Shown here: piece after piece, positions 18,441 through 27,529 of the stretch
How positions within the stretch are numbered: position 1 is the stretch's first letter
How the letters are laid out: each line of letters opens with the position of its first letter
Origin: a bacterium
GTDB taxonomy: Bacteria; Actinomycetota; Acidimicrobiia; Acidimicrobiales; Bin134
Direction of reading: 5' to 3'
Length of the DNA: 64,000 nucleotides
NCBI GenBank assembly: GCA_026705465.1
Contig: JAPPAP010000023.1
Location: 22,036-86,035 of the forward strand
Notes under the pieces: model-generated
Database searches by the model: none
Told to the model about the DNA's origin: nothing
Seen by the model: the letters and a program-made list of their open reading frames with translations, nothing else
Program-made: the position numbers and the translations under genes

Positions 18441-19159
18441 CTGCTGAATCCGACATCGCTGCTCTAGCCGATCGTCTCGGCTACCAGTTCGCCCAGCCCA
18501 GCTTGCTAGTTGAGGCGTTGACCCATCGATCTTGGTGTGCCGACCATGCCGGGACATCCTCCAACGAGCGTTTGGAGTTCTTGGGTGATGCCGTCTTGGC
18601 TTTGGTTGTGACCGATCACATCTACGCCGCCTACCCCCAAATGGCCGAGGGCCAACTGGCGCCGTTGCGAGCCGAGGTGGTCCGAGCCGAGACCTTGGCT
18701 GATCTAGCCATCGAGTTGCAACTGGGGAAGGCGCTCCGTCTGGGTCGCGGTGAAGAAGCGTCAGGGGGGCGGGAAAAGCTGTCGATCCTCTCCGATGCCA
18801 TGGAAGCGGTGATCGGAGCGGTTTACTTGGATGCCCCGTGGGAGGAACTGATCGAGTTGGTTCGGGGATGGCTGGATGATCACATTGCCGCGGCATCTGA
18901 GGGTCCGGGCATCAGAGATTTCAAGACGAGATTGCAGGAGTACTGCGCCCGCAACGGTCAAGATGCCCCCCAGTACCGCCTGACGGAGAAGGGCCCCGAT
19001 CATGCCAAGCAGTTTCTCGCTGTTGTGCATGTGAACGGCGAAAAACGAGGTCAAGGCCGAGGTCGATCAAAGAAGCAGGCCGAGCAGGCGGCAGCTGCCT
19101 CGGCCTGGCAGGCCCTGAACCATGATGAGGTTGCTGTCGCCACCGGAGCAGCCCCGTGA
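18437..19159 (+). CDS. rnc: ribonuclease III (start codon non-canonical or uncertain)
   Basis: 'LADRLGYQFAQPSLLVEALTHRSW', 'NERLEFLGDAVL' RNase III signature, and C-terminal dsRBD 'GPDHAKQFLAVVHVNGEKRGQGRGRSKKQAEQAAA'. The nearest candidate start is CTG 18437, overlapping the acpP TGA. Confidence 0.85.
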   Translation: MTAESDIAALADRLGYQFAQPSLLVEALTHRSWCADHAGTSSNERLEFLGDAVLALVVTDHIYAAYPQMAEGQLAPLRAEVVRAETLADLAIELQLGKALRLGRGEEASGGREKLSILSDAMEAVIGAVYLDAPWEELIELVRGWLDDHIAAASEGPGIRDFKTRLQEYCARNGQDAPQYRLTEKGPDHAKQFLAVVHVNGEKRGQGRGRSKKQAEQAAAASAWQALNHDEVAVATGAAP

Positions 19160-19181
19160 TCTCAACAACAGGAGTGATCCG

Positions 19182-20027
19182 ATGATCGCACTACCGGAAA
19201 TTGAGACTATCCGCCGTGACTTGGATAGAGAGCTGTCTGGTCTCCGCATCAAGGCAGTGGAGGTCTTCGAAACCGGGTACGCCAAGCGGTCGGGGGGGCC
19301 AAAGAAGTTCGTGGCCCGACTGGAAAAGATGAAGATCACCAGTGTGCGGCGTCGAGGCTTGTTCTTGATCATGGGCCTGGACAGCGACGATGTGATGGTC
19401 GTCCATCTGGGCAGCGGCGGCCAGCTTCGCCGTCACGCCAATCGAGACGGCATTGAGCCCAATACCGCGGTGTCGATCACTTTCACCAAGAGCGGACAGC
19501 TTCGACTGGTGGATGGAGCCGGCGACGCCAAGCTGTTCTTGGCCAACGCCGAAAAATTGGTGGAGGAAGTCCCCGAGTTGGAGGGATTGGGAATCGATCC
19601 CCTTGAACAACCGGTGCCGTGGAGGATGTTCGGCGAGATCCTCTTGGCCCAAGACGCCAAGCTGAAGGCCGTGTTGACCGATGACAGCGTGGTAGTCGGA
19701 CTGGGAGAGCTGTACTCAGACGAGATCTTGTTTGCGGCTGGTTTGCGGTTCGACCGCCTGCCGAATTCCTTGGGGCCTCAGGAAGTCAGGCGATTGCACC
19801 GGGCGATGGTGGAAACCCTGCACGATGCGGCCAAGCACCGGGGCGCCACGTTGGAGGATGGTCTCTACGTGGACGTGCACGGCAAGCCGGGCGGTTTCGA
19901 GGAGTACCTCAACGTGTTCAAGCAGGCTGGCAAGGGAGGGCGACCGTGCCCTCGTTGCCATCGCCCCATCCAAAAGTACCGATTCCGACGGAAATGGACG
20001 TACTACTGCGAGCAGTGCCAGATCTGA
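19182..20027 (+). CDS. Fpg/Nei-family (formamidopyrimidine-DNA glycosylase-like) protein with non-canonical N-terminus
   Basis: 'MIALPEIETIRRDL', H2TH-like 'VVGLGELYSDEILFAAGLRFD', zinc finger 'CPRCHRPIQKYRFRRKWTYYCEQC'. AGGAG at 19170-19174 precedes ATG 19182. Canonical rnc-fpg-smc position. Confidence 0.8.
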   Translation: MIALPEIETIRRDLDRELSGLRIKAVEVFETGYAKRSGGPKKFVARLEKMKITSVRRRGLFLIMGLDSDDVMVVHLGSGGQLRRHANRDGIEPNTAVSITFTKSGQLRLVDGAGDAKLFLANAEKLVEEVPELEGLGIDPLEQPVPWRMFGEILLAQDAKLKAVLTDDSVVVGLGELYSDEILFAAGLRFDRLPNSLGPQEVRRLHRAMVETLHDAAKHRGATLEDGLYVDVHGKPGGFEEYLNVFKQAGKGGRPCPRCHRPIQKYRFRRKWTYYCEQCQI

Positions 20028-20093
20028 CATCCGAATCGCATTTGGGCAAGTAGATCCACAAATCGCGTCCCTCGGCTGGGTAGGGTCGATTAG

Positions 20094-23000
20094 GTGTTCT
20101 TGAAGGCGCTGACGCTCAAGGGATTCAAATCTTTTGCCGATCCGACCACGCTGGTATTCGAGCCCGGCGTGACGGTGATCGTCGGACCCAACGGCAGCGG
20201 CAAATCCAATGTGGTCGATGCGGTGGCCTGGACTCTGGGTGCTCAAGCCCCGACATCGGTGCGTTCGGCCAAGATGGAAGACGTCATCTTTGCGGGAACC
20301 GCCTCTCGGGCGGCTTTGGGCCGGGCAGAAGTATCGCTGAGCATTGACAACTCTTCACGGTTGCTACCGATCGAGTTCGAAGAGGTCACCATCACCCGGA
20401 CGCTGTTCCGCAGCGGGGACAGCGCGTATGCCATCAACGGAGTGCCCTGTCGTCTGCTCGACATTCAGGAATTGCTGAGCGATTCCGGTGTTGGCCGCCA
20501 ACAGCATGTGATCGTTTCCCAGCGCCAGATCGAAGGGGTTCTGAGCGCCCGGCCCGAGGACCGTCGGGCCGTTATCGAGGAGGCCGCTGGTGTACTGAAA
20601 TATCGCCGCCGCAAAGAGAAATCGGAGCGGCGGCTAGCCGCGTCGGAGGCCAACCTCACCCGGCTGTCCGACGTGGTACGGGAAATTCGGCGCCAGCTCC
20701 GTCCGTTGGAGCGCCAAGCCGAGGCGGCTCGGCGGCACGGGGGCCTTCTCACTGAGCTGAGCGGTCTTCGCCGCTATCTCGCAGGGCAGGAGATTGACCA
20801 GCTTCGCCAGCGGGTTCGCCAGCTGACCCAAGACCAGGCAAGCGACCGCTGGGAGATGCAGCAGCTGACGGTGAAGGCGGAGGCCTTGGACCGAGACCTG
20901 GCTGTGGCCGAGGCTCAGTTGTCGGCGGCTGACGGACAGGACATCAGCGACGCGCTGATGCGCTTCGAGGGCCTCACTGAGCGGCTGCGAGGGTTGGAGG
21001 CGCTGTTGTCGGAGCGCCGTCTGCGCTTGCAGCGAGAGCGAAATGCCGGGGTGGACGAGGATGTGGTGGCCACGCTGGAAGCCGAGTCAAACCGGCTGAG
21101 CAAAGAGCTGCGCGAAGTTGAGGGCGCGGCGGCGGCATTGGCGCCCGATGAGGCTGTTGTGGCTGATGCCGAACAGCAGTTGGAGCAGCTTCGCTTGCTG
21201 TTCGATGAGCGGTGGGGCGATCGACACTTGCCGATTTCGGTGCCGGATGCACCTCGGATCAAAGGCGAGTTGAGGATATTGGAGGCGTCGATCGAGAGGG
21301 ACCAAGCCGAGTGCGACCGTTTGGGCCGGAATCTTGAGGAGTTGGAGGGGCGTCAGCAGACGTTGGTGGAAGAACTAGACCGATGTTGGGCTGAGGCCAT
21401 GGACATCGAAAAGGCTGAGCAGTCCCACCGTGAGGAGCTCGACCTTGCTGATCGCTTGGTAGAAGAAGCTCGAGCGGCGAGCGATGACCAAAGGGCCGTT
21501 CTGGCCGAGGCGATCGGAGAACGCCACGCGTGGGAGGCGCGACGAGAGGCGCTGTCTCTGGCGCTGGACGAGGCGCGAGATCAGTCCGGCGCCCAGCGTC
21601 TCGCCGGCATTGAGGGTGTCGTTGGCAATTTGCTCGAGGTGGTGGAGATCGATCGCGGGTGGGAGGCTGCCTTTGAGGCCGCAGCAGGTGAGGCGGTAGC
21701 CGCCGTGGTGGCCACCGACACCGAGGCAGCCATGCGAGCAATCGCCACTCTGGAGGCAGACAGTGTAAGCGGGGCGGTCTTGGCTCTGAGCGGCTCGGGT
21801 GCGGCCGCGACGACTCCGGCAGTCGGTGTTCCCCTGCGCGCCCACGTGCGTTCTTCGGTAGCAGGCATGGACCAGATGCTCGATGCCTTGGTTGGCTCTG
21901 TTGGGGTAGTGGAGAGCAGTGAGCAGGCAGCCGCGGCGGCAATCGCCGATCCCTCGGCGGTGGTGGTAACCCGCCGGGGCGACCGGTTCTCCCCGTTGGG
22001 ATGGCGGGTGGGCGTTCGGCGCTCAGGGGCGACCAAAGGTCTGCTGGAAGAGGCCGAGCAGGCTTCGGCGCGTGCCGCTGAAGCCGAAGACGCCGCGGAG
22101 CAAGGTCTGGCGATTGTCGACCGTCGGCGAGAGGAGGCCGAGGAGCACGCGGCCAGGGCTCGGCAGACGGTATTGAGCCAGTCGGAGGCTCTGGACGCCG
22201 CCCGGGCCCGGGCCGCTGCAGTTGAACGGGAGCTGCGCGACGTAGAAATGGGAATTGCCGCGTTCGACCCCCGCCGCCGCGAACTGGATGCCAGGATTGC
22301 CGAGGACCGGCATCGGGCCGGTGAACTGCAAGAGGAGCTACCCGAGTACGAGGCTAGGGAAGCAGAGCATCAGGCGCGTGTGGAGAGTATGAATCGGGAA
22401 CGCGATGAGCTATCCCACCAATCCCAGGCGGTGAGTAATCTCCGCTCCGACTATCAGATACGCGCCGCAGGGATCGAAGAGCGCCGTCGTCTGCTCTCGA
22501 CGCAGCAAGATGACATAGAACGGCGGTTGAGTGAGATGGCTCAAGCCCGAGCCGAAGTCGCGTCTCGTCGGGAGGCCGTCGATTCGCGGCTCGCTGTCGT
22601 CGACCAGCTCAAGGATTTGGTGGCTCGGAGGGTCCAAGAGGCAGATCGTCAACTTGAAGACCTTCGCCGTCGGCGGGCCCAGGAATCTGAGGCGGCTCGG
22701 GAGGCGGTCCGGCGGCTTGAGGATCTGCGGAGCCAGCGGTCTGAAGCCGAGGCCCGGTTGGGACGGTGCCAAGAACGGGACCGCAGCGCGGAGATCGAGC
22801 TGGCCGAGGCGGGGATCAGGCTGGAAGCGGCAGTCGATCGCTGCCGACGGGAACTGGACTGCGAGCCCGGTGAAGCCGTAGCCGCCGAATGCCCTCCTCT
22901 TGAGCAAGGCGTCGCTCCCGCTGACCGGATCAGGGCTTTGGAGCAGGAACTGCGCATCATGGGGCCGGTCAACCCGCTGGCGCTTGAGGAATACGAGGCA

Positions 23001-23588
23001 CTGTCGGAGCGCTACGAATTCACCCAAGGCCAGATCGACGACATTCGCCAAAGCCGGCGGGAGCTACGCAAGATCATTCGCAAGATCGACGAGGAGATCG
23101 TCAGCGTGTTCTCTTCGGCCTACGCCGACGTAGAGCGCAACTTCTCCGAACTGTTCCAGACGCTGTTTCCCGGGGGCGAAGGCAAGCTGCGCCTCACCCA
23201 GCCCGATGCCCTGCTAGACACCGGAGTGGAGATCGAGGCCCGACCGTCGGGAAAGAACATCCGCCGTTTGAGCCTGCTATCGGGAGGGGAGCGCTCGCTT
23301 ACCGCCCTGGCCTTCTTATTTGCGGTGTTTCGCAGTCGTCCGTCGCCGTTCTACGTGATGGACGAAGTGGAGGCGGCACTCGACGATGTCAATCTGCACC
23401 GCTTCCTCCAGCTCATAGACGAGTTCCGGGCCGATGCCCAGCTGCTGATCGTCAGCCACCAAAAGCGCACGATGGAAGCAGCCGACTGCCTCTACGGGGT
23501 GTCCATGAAGCCAGGCGGAAGCTCAAAAGTGCTTTCCGAAAAAGTGGTGGTAGCCTCACAGCCGAAGGTACTTCTCGGACAAAGCTGA
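20094..23588 (+). CDS. smc: chromosome segregation protein SMC
   Basis: 'GPNGSGKSN' Walker A, long coiled coils, a central hinge, 'LSGGERSLTALAF' signature and 'FYVMDEVEAALD' Walker B. Confidence 0.95.
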   Translation: MFLKALTLKGFKSFADPTTLVFEPGVTVIVGPNGSGKSNVVDAVAWTLGAQAPTSVRSAKMEDVIFAGTASRAALGRAEVSLSIDNSSRLLPIEFEEVTITRTLFRSGDSAYAINGVPCRLLDIQELLSDSGVGRQQHVIVSQRQIEGVLSARPEDRRAVIEEAAGVLKYRRRKEKSERRLAASEANLTRLSDVVREIRRQLRPLERQAEAARRHGGLLTELSGLRRYLAGQEIDQLRQRVRQLTQDQASDRWEMQQLTVKAEALDRDLAVAEAQLSAADGQDISDALMRFEGLTERLRGLEALLSERRLRLQRERNAGVDEDVVATLEAESNRLSKELREVEGAAAALAPDEAVVADAEQQLEQLRLLFDERWGDRHLPISVPDAPRIKGELRILEASIERDQAECDRLGRNLEELEGRQQTLVEELDRCWAEAMDIEKAEQSHREELDLADRLVEEARAASDDQRAVLAEAIGERHAWEARREALSLALDEARDQSGAQRLAGIEGVVGNLLEVVEIDRGWEAAFEAAAGEAVAAVVATDTEAAMRAIATLEADSVSGAVLALSGSGAAATTPAVGVPLRAHVRSSVAGMDQMLDALVGSVGVVESSEQAAAAAIADPSAVVVTRRGDRFSPLGWRVGVRRSGATKGLLEEAEQASARAAEAEDAAEQGLAIVDRRREEAEEHAARARQTVLSQSEALDAARARAAAVERELRDVEMGIAAFDPRRRELDARIAEDRHRAGELQEELPEYEAREAEHQARVESMNRERDELSHQSQAVSNLRSDYQIRAAGIEERRRLLSTQQDDIERRLSEMAQARAEVASRREAVDSRLAVVDQLKDLVARRVQEADRQLEDLRRRRAQESEAAREAVRRLEDLRSQRSEAEARLGRCQERDRSAEIELAEAGIRLEAAVDRCRRELDCEPGEAVAAECPPLEQGVAPADRIRALEQELRIMGPVNPLALEEYEALSERYEFTQGQIDDIRQSRRELRKIIRKIDEEIVSVFSSAYADVERNFSELFQTLFPGGEGKLRLTQPDALLDTGVEIEARPSGKNIRRLSLLSGGERSLTALAFLFAVFRSRPSPFYVMDEVEAALDDVNLHRFLQLIDEFRADAQLLIVSHQKRTMEAADCLYGVSMKPGGSSKVLSEKVVVASQPKVLLGQS

Positions 23589-23590
23589 AA

Positions 23591-25006
23591 ATGAACAACG
23601 AGCCCGAAGATCCTCGGTCGGAGTGGGATCCCTTGGGGTGGGAACTGGAAGGCCCAACCGAGCAATCCAGAAACTTGCCAACCCCCCGCGCCGTGGAGGT
23701 GGTGTCCTGGGTGCCTACCGGGAGTCCGCCGAACCAACCCCGCAACCCTGCGGTGATCATGCTGGTGACGTCGGTGGTCTTGGCCGTATTTGGGCTGGTC
23801 GGCATCGGGATCGGCGTCGGCAGCGTCTTTTTCAATCGGGATGCCCCAACCCCTGAGGTCATCGTGGTTTCTGGACCGCAGGTGGTCAGTGCCTCACCGC
23901 AGGCTTCGCCGTCTCTCCAGACCCCTCTTGTCGTGGCCCCGTCAGACTCCTCGCCCTCAGAGGAGTCTTCCGACTCAAACCAATTGGCCGCTCCATTGGC
24001 ACTCGGCGACCCGGTAGTGGCTGTGGCCCGGGCGGTCATCCCCTCGGTGGTGCTCATCGAAGTCGACGTGGACCAGCTGGAAGATCTCGAATTTCCTGAA
24101 CTCCCCCCTGAGGACTGGGAGCCGGGGGACGAGCTCCCCGAGGACTTCAGGCCTCCCGATCAGGAGCCAAGGTATGGACAGGGCTCCGGGATCATCTACG
24201 ACGCCTCCGGCCTTATCTTGACCAACGCCCACGTTCTCGACGATGCCGAGACGGTGAGGGTCCAATTCGCCGACGGGACCAGGGCGGAAGGTGTGGTAAT
24301 CGGCACAGCGCCTGCCATCGATGTGGGCTTGGTGAGGGTCGATACCGACATGACGCTTACTCCCGCGGTGTTTGCCGACCGATCGACCGTCGAAGTAGGG
24401 CAGTTGGCCGTGGCGGTGGGTAGCCCGTTCGGGTTGCAGCAGTCGGTGACCTCGGGGATCGTCAGTGCGGTCGGACGAGCGGTCAGAGAAGGAAGCGGCG
24501 GCAGCGCCTTTGTGGAGATGATCCAGACCGATGCTCCGATAAACCCTGGAAATTCGGGTGGTGCCCTGGCCAACAGCAACGGTCAGGTCATCGGGATGAA
24601 CACGCTCATCCAAACCGATGGTTCGTTCGGGAACATCGGATTGGGATTTGCCATCCCTTCTGACATCGCCCTCAACATCGCCCAGCGCATCTTGAATGGG
24701 GAGAGCACCGAACTGGGGTATCTGGGTGTATACGGAACTGATCCGGAGATAGGCCACCCCGGTGCCCTTGTGGTGGAAGTGACACCCGATACTCCCGCCG
24801 AGCGGGCTGGGTTGATGGCTGGGGACTTGATCGTGCTGATCGACGACGAGGTGGTTTCGACGTTCACTGAGTTGGCGGCCAAGGTTCAATTCCGCGTTCC
24901 CGGAACGGAAGTGGAGTTGGAGGTGGTCCGCGACGATGAGCACATCACGCTCACCGTGGTCATCGGATCCCGCCCTTCCTTTGAAGAGCCGGATGAAGAA
25001 GAGTAG
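23591..25006 (+). CDS. membrane-anchored HtrA/DegP-family (S1C) serine protease with PDZ domain
   Basis: TM segment 'VIMLVTSVVLAVFGLVGIGIGV'. Catalytic 'LTNAHV', 'DVGLVRV', 'GNSGGAL'. PDZ 'ERAGLMAGDLIVLIDDEVV'. Confidence 0.85.
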   Translation: MNNEPEDPRSEWDPLGWELEGPTEQSRNLPTPRAVEVVSWVPTGSPPNQPRNPAVIMLVTSVVLAVFGLVGIGIGVGSVFFNRDAPTPEVIVVSGPQVVSASPQASPSLQTPLVVAPSDSSPSEESSDSNQLAAPLALGDPVVAVARAVIPSVVLIEVDVDQLEDLEFPELPPEDWEPGDELPEDFRPPDQEPRYGQGSGIIYDASGLILTNAHVLDDAETVRVQFADGTRAEGVVIGTAPAIDVGLVRVDTDMTLTPAVFADRSTVEVGQLAVAVGSPFGLQQSVTSGIVSAVGRAVREGSGGSAFVEMIQTDAPINPGNSGGALANSNGQVIGMNTLIQTDGSFGNIGLGFAIPSDIALNIAQRILNGESTELGYLGVYGTDPEIGHPGALVVEVTPDTPAERAGLMAGDLIVLIDDEVVSTFTELAAKVQFRVPGTEVELEVVRDDEHITLTVVIGSRPSFEEPDEEE

Positions 25007-25012
25007 GGGCTC

Positions 25013-26014
25013 GTGGTGCGTCGCCGGCGTGGGCGGAAAAGGGACGAATCAGAAATTGCCGAGCAACGGGTCGAGCCGGAGATGGGCGATGAGCAGGCTC
25101 CTGAGTCTGAGGAAGAAGCCGAATCGGCCAGCTTCCGGAACCGGCTGGCCACCGCTCGAGGGACGTTTTCCGGCTTTTTGGCTTCGGTGGTTTCCCGAGG
25201 GGTGGACGATGCCACTTGGGAGGAATTGGAGGAGGCGCTGATCCTGGCCGATGCCGGTGTCGGCACCACTGCTGCACTGTTGGATCGGCTCAAGGAGCAG
25301 GCCAAAGCCGAGAAGGTCGCCAGCCCTGAGGAGCTGGTGGTCCTGCTGAAGGCCCAGATGGCACAAAGCTTGGAGGGCTATGACCTGGAACTGGGCACCG
25401 ATGGCAACCCCGCGGTGTGGCTGTTTGTGGGAGTGAACGGGGTGGGCAAGACCACTACCATCGGCAAGCTGGCGGCTCGGGAGGCACAGAGCGGCTGCAA
25501 GGCGGTACTTGCTGCGGGGGATACGTTTCGAGCGGCGGCCGCCGAGCAGCTTGGTCAGTGGGCCGATCGAGCGGGGGCTGAACTGGTGCGGGGCGCAGAA
25601 GGTGCTGATCCCAGCTCGGTCGTCTTTGATGCCATCGAGCACGCCTCGGCGACCGGAGTACCGCTGGTTATGGCTGACACTGCTGGGCGCTTGCACACTC
25701 GTACCAACTTGATGGAGGAGCTGTCCAAGATCCACCGAGTAGCTGGCAAGGGACCGGGGACGGTCACCGAGGTTTTGTTGGTGATCGATGCCAGCACTGG
25801 CCAGAACGGCCTTGCCCAGGCTCGGCGATTCACTGAATCGGCTGAGTTGACCGGAGTGGTTCTCACCAAACTCGACGGATCGGCCAAAGGCGGCATCGTT
25901 ATGGCGGTGCAAGAGGAATTGGGCATCCCGGTGAAGCTGGTGGGGCTTGGGGAGGAAGTCGGGGATTTGGTGACATTCGACGCTCATGAATTCGTTGAGG
26001 CCCTGTTCTCCTGA
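25013..26014 (+). CDS. ftsY: signal recognition particle receptor FtsY
   Basis: 'FVGVNGVGKTTTIGKLA', 'DTAGRLH', 'TKLDGSAKGG'. Short acidic N-terminal region. Confidence 0.9.
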   Translation: MVRRRRGRKRDESEIAEQRVEPEMGDEQAPESEEEAESASFRNRLATARGTFSGFLASVVSRGVDDATWEELEEALILADAGVGTTAALLDRLKEQAKAEKVASPEELVVLLKAQMAQSLEGYDLELGTDGNPAVWLFVGVNGVGKTTTIGKLAAREAQSGCKAVLAAGDTFRAAAAEQLGQWADRAGAELVRGAEGADPSSVVFDAIEHASATGVPLVMADTAGRLHTRTNLMEELSKIHRVAGKGPGTVTEVLLVIDASTGQNGLAQARRFTESAELTGVVLTKLDGSAKGGIVMAVQEELGIPVKLVGLGEEVGDLVTFDAHEFVEALFS

Positions 26015-26063
26015 CTTCTCCAAAGCTCAAAATCGCGGAAGAGGCAGCTAGGGTAGGCAGCCC

Positions 26064-27494
26064 ATGTTCGACACGCTGAGCAACCGATTCGAGGGCATTT
26101 TCAAGCGTATGCGGGGTTTGGGGACCCTGCGGGAAAGCGATGTCGATGAAGTGCTGCGGGAGATTCGCCTGGCCCTGCTGGAGGCCGATGTCAATCTCCA
26201 TGTGGTCCGCGGTTTTCAGGACAGGGTCCGCCAGCGGTGCGTGGGCGCTGAGGTCCACAAGGCTCTGAATCCGGCGCAACAGGTGATCAAGTTCGTCCAC
26301 GAGGAGCTGGTTGCCTCCTTGGGCGGAGAAACCTTGGAGATCTCTCATCCGGCCAAGCCCCCCACGGTGGTGCTGCTGGCCGGACTTCAGGGCTCGGGGA
26401 AGACCACGAACGCAGCCAAATTGGCCTCTTGGTTCAAACAGCAGGGCCGCAACCCCATGCTGGTGGGTGCCGACTTGCAGCGGCCTGCCGCAGTTGAACA
26501 GCTCCGTACTCTCGGGGCCTCCATCGAGGTTCCGGTGTACAGCGAGCCCTCCGACCCGATTGCTGTGGCCCGACAAGGCCTAGCCGAGGCCGTGGCTTCT
26601 AGCCGGGATGTGGTGATCTGCGACACCGCTGGCCGTTTGGCCATCGATGACGAGATGATGGATCAGGTTGGGCGGATATCCGACGTTATCGATCCCCACT
26701 ACACCTTCCTGGTGGTTGATGCCATGACCGGCCAGGATGCGGTGACAACCGCCGAGTCGTTTCACGCGGTTCTTGAACTCGATGGGGTGATCCTCACCAA
26801 GGTGGACGGCGACGCCCGGGGCGGCGCAGCCCTGTCGGTGAAAGAGGTGGTCGGCCGGCCCATCGCCTTCTCCTCTACCGGCGAGAAGATTGACGAGTTT
26901 GAGCTATTTCACCCCGATCGGGTGGCCAGCCGGATTCTCGGCATGGGCGATGTCCTTACCCTGGTCGAGAAGGCAGAGCAGGTATACGAGGAGGCTGAGG
27001 CTGAAGCGGCTGCGGCCAAACTGCTCGAAGGGGAGTTCACCCTGGAGGACTTCTTGGAGCAGATGCGCCAGCTCAAGAAGATGGGCTCACTCCAGAATCT
27101 GGTGGGGATGCTCCCCGGCGTGCCCCCCGAATTGCGCAAAGCCGAGATTGAAGACGATCGAATCACCCAGGTCGAGGCCATCATCTGTTCGATGACCCCG
27201 GAAGAGCGGGCTACGCCCCGGATCATCGACGGATCACGCCGGCAGAGAATTGCCACTGGCTCAGGTGTTCGGCCCTCTGAGGTCTCCCAGCTTCTGCGAC
27301 AGTTCAGCGAAGTCCAGCGGATGATGAAGCGAATGGGGGGCAAAGGCCCGGGGTCGACTCGAAAGAAGCCGAAGAAAGGCCGAAAGGGGAGTCGGGTCAC
27401 GCCTCCTGGCAGCCAGCAAAGGAAGCCGGGCAAGCCCAAACTGACCCTGCCCGGCTTGGAAGACGGGGAATTCGATCTCTCCTCCCTGAGGTAG
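26064..27494 (+). CDS. ffh: signal recognition particle protein Ffh
   Basis: 'LAGLQGSGKTT', 'DTAGRLA', 'TKVDGDARGGAALS', and the M-domain 'MGSLQNLVGMLPG'. Confidence 0.95.
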   Translation: MFDTLSNRFEGIFKRMRGLGTLRESDVDEVLREIRLALLEADVNLHVVRGFQDRVRQRCVGAEVHKALNPAQQVIKFVHEELVASLGGETLEISHPAKPPTVVLLAGLQGSGKTTNAAKLASWFKQQGRNPMLVGADLQRPAAVEQLRTLGASIEVPVYSEPSDPIAVARQGLAEAVASSRDVVICDTAGRLAIDDEMMDQVGRISDVIDPHYTFLVVDAMTGQDAVTTAESFHAVLELDGVILTKVDGDARGGAALSVKEVVGRPIAFSSTGEKIDEFELFHPDRVASRILGMGDVLTLVEKAEQVYEEAEAEAAAAKLLEGEFTLEDFLEQMRQLKKMGSLQNLVGMLPGVPPELRKAEIEDDRITQVEAIICSMTPEERATPRIIDGSRRQRIATGSGVRPSEVSQLLRQFSEVQRMMKRMGGKGPGSTRKKPKKGRKGSRVTPPGSQQRKPGKPKLTLPGLEDGEFDLSSLR

Positions 27495-27529
27495 CCGCTA
27501 GAGATTTTCGGCGGTAGAGTTTCCCTCTT

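Noticed and set aside
20094-23588. SMC as part of a Wadjet/Lamassu-type defence system
   Set aside because: It is the canonical 1164-aa chromosomal SMC in the conserved rnc-fpg-smc-ftsY context, with no JetA/B/D-like or nuclease partners adjacent.
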